A stretch of 64,000 bases of DNA. Origin: Paramecium tetraurelia (Eukaryota). A program made the translations under genes and the position numbers. This document shows, in pieces, positions 54,869 to 64,000 of this stretch. The notes beneath the pieces were generated by a model. It ran no database searches, was not told the DNA's origin, and saw only the letters and a list, made by a program, of their open reading frames with translations. The stretch is from positions 62,001 to 126,000 of the forward strand of contig CT868064.1 in the NCBI GenBank assembly GCA_000165425.1, in the 5' to 3' direction. How positions within the stretch are numbered: position 1 is the first letter of the stretch; each line of letters starts with the position of its first letter.

Positions 54869-56675
54869 TCAATATTAATTTTCTGATAATCCTTCTTTAA
54901 GTTTGCGCACTTCTATTTCAGATAATTATCCCTTTTACAATTAGTCTAATAAATTTGTGACTATGACTTATAAACTTGATGATTCTTAGATGTATTATTA
55001 ATAATTTTCTAAGTATTCTTTAGACTAGTTAATTATTGCATAAGATTCATTTTTAAGTGCGTTACTTTTCTTAATTAATTTGTCGCTTTGTGTTTCTTCC
55101 AACAATAATCCAATATTATAATGACCAGGTTTTATTAATAATATAATTTTCTACTTATCTCTATTTCCATATTCCCGATTCTAAAATACTTTATTTTCAA
55201 AAAATAATAGTTGCACAAATCTGAAAATAAATAAAAATAATAATTTACATATCCAAACTTTTAGCTAATTCTGAAATAACAAGCTCATTATTATTACACT
55301 CCATTTCCCATCTTAATAAATTTATTTTGTCATCAATTGCATCTTTTATCTCACTGTTTTCAATAACATAATTTGAATAATTTCTAAAGAATATAGTTGA
55401 TAGTCCATATAAACAACTATCAACTTCATCTGATTCGTATTCATAGGCTGCAAATTATTTCAGAAATGTTTCTGATCTTGTAGGAATATCTGTAATTGAC
55501 TTTAATTTAATTAATCTGAAAAGAAATTCTTATAACATTAATTTTTCTATTTCCTTATCATCAATGTTTGCATCTTGCTGCTCAGTCAGTATTTTCATCG
55601 GTAACTCAATTTTTTTAATCATCTCAATAAATTTAAGAAATTATTCAAAAGAATAATGAAATAGTAAAATGTGTAAGAATTAATATCCAAAAGCTGTGTA
55701 GAAACAATTACCATCACCTCTAACTTCTCTAAATGCATTACAATACTATGCTATATCACCGGCTGATTAAACTGTTAAACTATAGTTCCTTTTTAGATCT
55801 GATTTATCCTAAACTTGCCTTACATAGTATTTGTATTGATTTTCCACTTACCTTTTTTTATTTGTTTATTCATAAAGTTATATAAGGGTATCTCTAACCT
55901 TTTTCTAATTTTCTTAGTTGTTTTAATAAAGAGCCATAAAATTGTTTTTAAATGCTTCGAAGTTTTCTTCATATTTAGTCTCATATTTTTTAATTGAAAT
56001 CTTAACATAGGATAAAATAAATACTTTTATATTTTCTATTTAGTCATACATTGATTTGCAATCTCTTAATTTATCAATATTTTTCAATTTTTCATCAATA
56101 TTTTATATTTAAGCTTTTGCATCGATCATTTATTTGGAAATTTTTTCATCAATATCTAAATTTTGATTTTATATTTTTTCCTCAACCTCATTTTTTTGTG
56201 TTTTCAGCTTTTCATCAAAATCTTTTCTAAAGTGTTATAATTTTTCATCTAGCTCTTTATCATTTTATATTATTTCAATTAACTTGTCCCCGTTTTATTT
56301 TTCTATTTGTTTGTTTTATTCTTGTTAAGGATTTATGTGAATTACCATCTATTACCGATTTGCTAGTTCATCTTACTAAGAACCTTTCTATCCGTTTTAA
56401 TCTATCTTTCTTACATCTTCCTAATTATTTAATAACCTATCATTTAAAATAGGATGATATTCATACGGCTTATATTCTTCTGGAAACAAATTTAGTACAG
56501 CATCACCTTACACATCTATGTGTTCATTCAATTTTTCCCGACTTTTATTTTTACAATAAGTATAAAGTTGCATCCCAAATGTAATTATTGTTAACACAGT
56601 TGTTATGGGCAAAATTACTACAGCAATTTCTTAAATATATCCATAGAAGACGACTATGAATATTAAAAAATCCAT
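54869..56675 (-). CDS. Otubain-like (peptidase C65) deubiquitinase with an N-terminal hydrophobic anchor and coiled coil
   Basis: FREVRGDGNCFYTAFGYQFL (catalytic Cys) and LLIKPGHYNIG (catalytic His). N-terminus MDFLIFIVVFYGYIQEIAVVILPITTVLTIITFG; DEK-containing coiled repeats. Confidence 0.85.
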
Positions 56676-57063
56676 TATAAAATATAATTGATTTCTATTA
56701 CAATAAAGACTCAACTTTTATTTATTCCTATTATAATTGAGTATAAATAGTGGGTATTTAGAATCTTATTCAATTCAAGAAATCTTTAAATTGAAAATAA
56801 AACCGTTCAAAAATTACATTTACAATTTACTGCTATTTGTTTCCTCAAATCAACTAACTAAATCATGTTTGAGAATTTTAACTATATTATTTATTAAACT
56901 AAAAATGATAGCTTGAAAAATATAATTCTACTCTCTCAAAATACAAATATTAGATTATAATTCTTTCATTTTTATGAAATCCTTGAAATTTAAATCTATT
57001 TAATAAATAGAGTACATTATTATTATTTTAACAATATATTATTATATTCAATTTTCGACGAGT

Positions 57064-58497
57064 TCATTTTAAAGATTTTTCTAGTTGTTTTTTCCATGCA
57101 ATTTCAATATCGGCTCTAGCCATTTTTATTTAGCCGACTTCAAATATGTTTTTGTAATCAGTTTCACCTTCTCTAAAACCTATTAATTATAAAATTTATC
57201 TTCCTTCCTCATATTATAGTATATTAAGATTGACAGTTTTATTTGATTTTTGAATAGTTCTGAATTTTTCATCGCTAGAGTTTTCAATAATGTTAGTGAT
57301 TAACTTTAAAAATAGGTTGTGGGAACTTTATAGTAATTATTAGGATTTAATCTTTTTCAACCAACTATCATAAAGATTGATTATTTCTTATTCTCTACTC
57401 AGTTGTATAACTTCCTATTATTACTTTTATCTACCAGTGTCTTGCTTTTGTAATTGCTAGGTTAATTATTCCGGTTTTATGTAGAGCGATCTTAATTAAT
57501 CATTATATTTTTGGATGTCTTCGGGATGAATTAGCAATCCTCTTGCCATATATTATTCAATAGTAAACCTAGCACTTTTCAATCCTTGCGGTTCTCTACT
57601 TGAATAAATCAACACAACATTGCTGCCCATTGATTATAAATTCTACAAGTAAGGTATCAATTCCTTAACCAATTGATGAGTATTTAATGATCCAGAAGGT
57701 TATTGTATTAGACTGTAGCAGCTTACTTTGTATAGGCTTTCTTCCAATTTTTTAATTCCACTAAAATTGACACATTGATAGAGAAATATGAGATTTCTGA
57801 TTTACAGATTTCTATTGTAGAGACTGATTTAGTTCTTTTTCATCAGTATTTCAAAGGCATCTTCACTATGCAAATAAATTCTGAAGGTATCATCTCCACG
57901 CTTTGTAGCATCTGAGACATCCTTGTAATCAAATATCAATAATGGATAATAACTATTCAAGATGTTGATCTCACTCAGCATCTAATATTGGTCCATGAAA
58001 GTGTTAAGAGGTTTTGTTAAAATATACACTTATTTGACCTTCACATTAATTTCCTTGAAAACATTTAAGACCGATTCTATTTTCTCGCCGTAATCTCTGA
58101 ATGCCCATAAGTTTTTGAAATCAAATAAGAATTTGTATTATTTTTTATCTTCAATTATTTTATTAGGTCTGCTAACATCTATTGGAGTGAATCCATATTC
58201 AAAAAAATTAGTTTTGGCTTTTTCAGAGAACAGGAAAACACCCTGATAATCCAAATCTTTTTACACTTACTTCTGCTGATTTACACCTAATCTAACAATA
58301 AAATTATAAGCCATCGATTCAGTTACTTCTATGATTTGAATCTATTCAAAGGATTTTATAACGCAAGGAAATCCCATACTCAACTTGGGTTTGGGCATGG
58401 GATATTAATCCTACAATACCTGGCTTGCATTTTATGAGATGTCGAGCATTTTAGGCTGATGAACATCTGTCATTTTTTTTGTTTAACACATTCCCAT
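57064..58497 (-). CDS. PUB-domain protein with upstream rhodanese-like and degenerate dual-specificity-phosphatase-like regions (477 aa)
   Basis: Intronless 1434-nt ORF starting MGMCQTKK. The PUB domain is clear (KLITNIIENSSDEKFRTIQKSNK..GRQILQLIGF); the DSP-like pattern (GSNVVLIYSSREPQGLKSARFTIEQYM) is weaker. Confidence 0.75.
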
Positions 58498-58709
58498 TAT
58501 AGTTTAATTAATAATAATATTAAATGCTCATTCTGGAAATAATTATATGAAAAAAGTGTCATAAGGATAAACCTACCGATCAGATCATGGCAAATCACTA
58601 ATTCATTTTGTTTAAGAATTTATATATTAAAAAATAAATTGAAAAATTTAAGCATTATAATAATCAATTTTATTTTGTTTAAAATAACAAATAAATATAA
58701 AGATTGATT

Positions 58710-59516
58710 TCATTAATTCAAAGATATTAATTTAATAGAGGATGATTTTTGAAACATTTTCGTTTTTCTCTGTTTCTTATAAAAATTATACATGCTTAAA
58801 ACCTAAGAATGTTCGGTCTTGCATATTCTATTTTACGAGTACAAGTCGGTATTCTATCTCACAATGAATTATTAGATAGGTCTCTTCATGAACATATCAA
58901 AACTGCCCATCGAGGAATGTTTTTACTTCATCTAACAAGGTGGTTCTCTTGATGTCATACTTTCATTCACTGTATTCGCCTTTTCTATTTGTAATAGTTG
59001 AGGCAATCTATCGATGATATTCCTACTGCGAAATATGGAAATGCGAGGTCTTGAGAGTCTCTGCATTTTTTTTCTTTGTGGGTTGTATCGAAAGTACGTA
59101 AGCAGAAGACATACAGCCAATACCAATTTTCTAAATCTTTTTCTTATGAGACGCCTATGCATTTTAATTTCGATGGTTCCGCGAGACATTAGTCGTTTGA
59201 ATTTTAAGCCTGCATCTCCAAATATGGAACCCTCTGTACTCTTGGCTCTTTATTGAGATTCAATATCCTGTTGCTTTTATTCAACATATGATCGATTCAA
59301 CTAATTCTTAAAAAGAGAACGCGCATAATGCTTACGATTTGGCTTAGAATTCAAAAGGGATTTCAGCAAGGGATCAAAATGAACTATTTTTTCGATTTAT
59401 AAACGAATGGCTTGCATTTTTAAATCATTCATATATTCTTCGCGATTCCTCACTGCGATCGGTAGAATATTAAGAGTAAATATCCCATTTCGTTTTAGTG
59501 TTACTTTCCTCTTCAT
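58710..59516 (-). CDS. Basic hypothetical protein (268 aa)
   Basis: Intronless 807-nt code-6 ORF MKRKVTLKRN...RKRFRKLVLAVCLLL...SLNQ-TGA. Confidence 0.7.
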
Positions 59517-59990
59517 GCAATCAGCAAAATATTTGTTTATTATTTTAATTCTAATATTAACAAGAAATCTTGAATAATTATTACCAATTAAGCAATAACC
59601 AAATTAATATTTTATCAATATAATATTTCTGTTCTATTAATTCTCGAGTGTGAATGCATAATTTACAGAATTAGTTAAATATGGAAAAATCATTAAATGA
59701 GGACAACCTATAACCTCAAATTCACCATCCCCTGCCTAGAATAATTAGAATTATTAAGATTTCCAGAAAATTTAATATTATATAATGCAAATTATACTTA
59801 GTTGTAATTAGACATTTAAACTATCATGAATCATATGGAATAGGAAAAATTTATCTATAAAATTTGTAATAACCTTTAATTCTCAAACGATGGATCCATT
59901 TATTCAAGGCAGAAGGTGTTAATTCTTGTTTATTATATATAAACCTGTTAAAATAAATCAGAAATAAAGATTAAATATATAAATAATATT

Positions 59991-61563
59991 ATGGATGAGC
60001 ATCTTGAGATGGAAGCAGAAAAACTTCGTATGTCAGGTTACTAGATTCTCTATATCTCATAGATAACATGGAAAATGAGGTCATGGGAGATCTGGAGAAA
60101 TATTTTTAATCTTCTCATGCAAATAGGAAGGAGCAGTTGCCTGTGATCCGAGTTTTCGAGGATTCATGCTCGGATTTACCACAATCAGACCAACCCTTCG
60201 AAAATCCAGGGGAATCAATTTTTGATGATTTGGGTCTTGAAAAGCTCTAAATTTAATCTGTTCACAGTGATGGAAGGGCAACCTCTTGGAGTCACACTGA
60301 TGACAACAATTCTTTGAATAAGCAATATTTGAAAAGACCCAGAACGAGACAACAATTAAGTAACAAAATTGTGGAGAGCAATCAGGATCTCTTTAATGTA
60401 CACTATGCTAAGAGTCTATACACGAGCAAAATCAGTTAATTGGTTGATAAAAAGATTACAACAAATCCAAAATCAAATCGAACTTCGTAATTTTCTAAAC
60501 ATTAATATTATAGGAAAAGTCAATAGAAGATAAAAAGAAAGTCATCGCATTAGCTAATTGAAACTTCTGATTAATCTGAGTAGAAAAGCTCGCTCCAATC
60601 AGGTGGGGAGATGTCAGAGGACAGATTAGCAAAAAATAGAGTTGCGGCTCGAAATTCAAGAGCAAGAAAGAGATTGTATTTTGAGCTGTTGGAAAACAAA
60701 GTTAAGGATTTACAAGATGAAATTGATAGATTGAATGAACTATGTTAGAATTAGGCCAAATAAATATAAAAATATAGAGAGTGTTAAGAAAAAGTAAAAA
60801 TATTTAAAAATTTTTAAAGTATTAGTTCTCCTTCGAGACCCAGAAAAAATTGATAGAGCAATTGGAGGTTTGTTAGATCAAGGATTAAGATTTACATTCA
60901 ACTAAATTTGTTTTAGAATAAATGAAAGAGTGCTAATTTAATTCTGATAAGAATATGGTTGGGGATCAATACATCGAAAACCTATTGGAGATTCTGTTAC
61001 CCATAGAATTAAAATACATAGTCTACAGTTATGATCAAAATAAGGATTTGTTATCCGATTTTCAGGGGTATTTAGATTTCAGTATATATTTAGTTCTTTT
61101 TTGGAATGGACCAAAGAGACATTCTAGCTAATGGACATAAAACAGGAGTAATTTAGAAAGATTAGGAAACACAAGGAGAAGTTAAATTGTGTCAAAAAAA
61201 CCATAACAAGGTAGGAATGTCTTTTGTATTGTTAATTTTAGTTGCGTAAATAATTTGTACACTTCAGTGAAGATGATAATTGGTGAGGCTTAAAAGGTCG
61301 ATTCTATTTGGAAGTCTATTTATGAGACATTGGAGCCATTGCAATTGAGATCTTTGTTTTTGACTATTTATCAAGTAAGAGTGAGCATTGATTAACTTTA
61401 GAATTAACATAGATCTGTTTTCGATTGTTGTAATCTATTTAGTGATTGTAAATATTTCAAGCAAAACCCATAGGTATTAAGTTTACATATATTTTAGAGT
61501 TAAACTGATTCAAACTGCTAACGGCCTGCAAATCTAAGATAATATGTGAAAAAAAATATTTGA
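59991..61563 (+). CDS. bZIP transcription factor (copy 1)
   Basis: EDRLAKNRVAARNSRARKRLYFELLENKVKDLQDEIDRLNEL followed by a helical C-terminal domain. Many tiny introns. Confidence 0.88.
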
Positions 61564-61600
61564 TTAATGATATATATATATATTTTTAAACTAATAATTT

Positions 61601-63195
61601 ATGTGTGATCCTATAATTAGTGAGCAATATTACTTCAATGAGTAATTCAACGTATTTATCTTCATTTTAGTTCTTATGATGTCAATGCTAATCAAATTGA
61701 TTTTTCAGGAGTCTCAGATCCATTTTTGAAAAACTCACAACAATAACAGCAACAATTCCCTAAAATATAAATTTTTGAAGATGCTGACAATGAGACTAAT
61801 AATTTTGGAGCCAACGAAATTTAGATTGAAGAAATCAAAATGGATAGGCTTAAGATTATTAATGATAGCTCTGTTGAAGCCTAACCAAGGAGTGGAAGTG
61901 AAGGTGATTATTCGAGAGATGCAAGTCAGAATCAAAGCAGCAGAAGAGGATCAAGTATTTTTATCTTGTAAATATAGAAAAATGTACAAAAGAAGAATAA
62001 AAAAATTTAAAAGATTCTTTGTAATCCTAGATTCTTTTGAACCTGCGATATACAAAGAGCACATACACAAATAAAATTCAGAATTTGGTTAAGAAGGAGA
62101 ATAAGGACCAGTTAATAGTAACAACAAAAGCCAGACAATCGTATTGAAATATTTTGATTCATTTCTAGACGTAGCTAATAGAAGTTGGTAAGAAAAAACG
62201 AATAACAATTGTTAATGAACCTTGAACACACTGATTAGTCATCATCTGAAAACCCCGATTCGCTTAATGACCGAACCATGGATCCTAGTCGTCTCAAGTA
62301 AGTGAGGAACAGAGAATCTGCTAGAAATTCAAGAGCCAGAAAAAAGATATACTTCGAATTACTGGAGACCAGAGTTTAAGAGTTACAGGATGAAAATGAT
62401 AAATTGAGGGGACAATGTACTATTTTATCAAAATCAATTGAAAATTACAATAAACAGCAGGATAAAGTAAGTACTCATATAAATATGTAATAGTTTTCAC
62501 AGTTCTTGGAGTAGCAATAATAATTGTTTGGGAGATTGGAGGATTGCATTAATTAAGGGAAAGATGTAACAGAGATTGAGATATTGTTGGATGCACTCAA
62601 ATACAGAACATCCTCGAATAAATAGGAGAGGATTGATGCTGCAAAATCATACTTGTATTCAATATTGAATGTTTGTTTGCCTTTACAGACAAAATATTTG
62701 TTCAGTATATTGGATGACAAAGATTTCTTTTCTTAAAACTCAAGGTACGTTTTAATCTATGGAAGGAATTACACAGACTATTTGAGAGATGTTTTTAAGA
62801 AAGTGGATACGAGAAGTGATGACTTTGGGAACAATGAAAAAATAAAGCAAAAGTTAGGAGCTGCCAAGCAGAATATGTATGAGTAATAAATTTGATCTAA
62901 TTATGAACGCAGCTCATTCAAGAAGATAAGGAAGGAGATCAAATTGATATAGAGTGAAGCAGGAAAGGTTGATTTGCTGTGGGAATAGTTGAAGGAGAAA
63001 CTGTAACCTTAAGTCTTGGCTTAGTGTTTGTTGGCTTTGCATAAGGTATGAGTGTGAGTGAATGTGTAGAATGAGTTTAGAGCAGAGTTCTAAGCATTGA
63101 CTATATTTAAGAGACCGAAGGACTCAACAGAGTAGGTAGGGATGTTAATTGAATAATAATCGTTGCAAAGAAAATAAGTCAAAAAATGTAATTGA
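61601..63195 (+). CDS. bZIP transcription factor (copy 2, tandem)
   Basis: RLKQVRNRESARNSRARKKIYFELLETRVQELQDENDKL and a C-terminal domain homologous to copy 1. First intron 61642-61670. Confidence 0.88.
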
Positions 63196-63215
63196 TTTTA
63201 ATCTGTTAATATTAA

Positions 63216-64000
63216 TCATTCAAATGTTTTATTTTGGAAACTGAAAACCCTAACTTTGCTTTGTTATTAGGAGGTTTTGGACAGATCAGAGCTGATTCTT
63301 AAAGAACTTTATTTTTTGGACAGACTAGATTGGCTGTTGTACAATAATGGATGATTGAGTGTGGGAGTTTGATCCATTAATGAGCATTCCATTTAATTAG
63401 CGATGTTCTCTAATGAAACAATATTCAATTAAGCTATTTGTTGAAGAAACAGATTGATAGCAAAATCTAATTGAGTTTTAGTTTCCAAAGTTTTTTCAAT
63501 TAAAAGCATCGTTTTCTGCATTCCAATTTAAGTGATAACAGTATTAAGTAAATTCTTGAAATTTTAGACTTGCTAGTCTTCAAGATTAGGCTGATCTGCC
63601 AATAATTCTTTTAAATAGCAATTCTTAAGTTGTTCATTTAACAGTTCCTATAGTTGATATATAAAGTACTTCATCTTAGATAAATCCGATGTAGACGATT
63701 TAGCATAAAGGGAGACCACCAACATTGATTTTCTAGATTTCGATTTATCTGAAAATATGATTATGGTTATGTGAAAAGGGACTCAGGAAAGCACATAAAT
63801 CATTAGTCTAAATTTTGGATGGTAGGACGATAACGATGTTTTCTGATAGTTCCAACGCTTTTTATAAGTAATTCTTGAGATTTGAATCTAGGAGGAAGGA
63901 GTTGAGAAATTGATATTGTATTATGATTGCATCTGCCTTTTCTTGTCTTTCGAAAAAGGAAGTCAAATATATGTTCTACACTTGCGTTGAGTAATAGTGA
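63216..64000 (-). CDS. 3' part of a gene with a TGS1 (RNA cap trimethylguanosine synthase)-like region, degenerate; 5' end beyond window
   Basis: SFFERQEKADAIIIQY...KALELSENIVIVLPSK...IEIQKINVGG..QIVYIG resembles the TGS1 C-terminal half. One 22-nt intron; ends KTFE-TGA. Confidence 0.55.

Noticed and set aside
61652..61670. Possible 19-nt intron with a start at 61638
   Set aside because: The upstream ATG at 61601 with a 29-nt intron is more typical and gives the same frame.

Overview
Gene-dense, very AT-rich eukaryotic DNA that behaves like a ciliate macronuclear chromosome, most consistent with Paramecium. TAA/TAG read as Gln, TGA is the only stop, and introns are about 20-30 nt GT..AG, so the supplied standard-code ORF track fragments nearly every gene. 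Re-translated by hand with code 6, the window holds about 28 genes. In order: a large anoctamin (partial), a Rab1-like GTPase, ZSWIM7/SWS1, an acidic type I membrane protein, two tandem degenerate pterin-carbinolamine-dehydratase (PCD)-fold genes followed by a degenerate LpxB-like gene, a degenerate sensor-kinase-like membrane protein, thioredoxin, a divergent cullin, a disrupted LRRC23-like gene, DDX41, a two-TM ENaC/ASIC-like protein, a large secreted protein, and a ~2600-aa secreted Pro-rich protein with ten LamG/ConA-like repeats. After that come a DGxGRD-repeat protein, a multi-TM protein, a WD40 protein, SRP72 head-to-head with an XRCC1-N-like gene, a short CNOT11, an arrestin, a UBR N-recognin E3, a membrane-anchored otubain, a pseudo-phosphatase-PUB protein, two tandem bZIP factors and a partial TGS1-like gene. 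No rRNA, tRNA, transposon, CRISPR or telomere was recognised. The best leads are the PCD-PCD-LpxB trio (possible cluster of ciliate complex I accessory subunits), the giant LamG-repeat secretory protein, the ENaC-like channel candidate, the pseudo-MKP-PUB protein and a 35-bp palindromic bidirectional promoter. All calls are from manual translation and remembered motifs; no searches were run.
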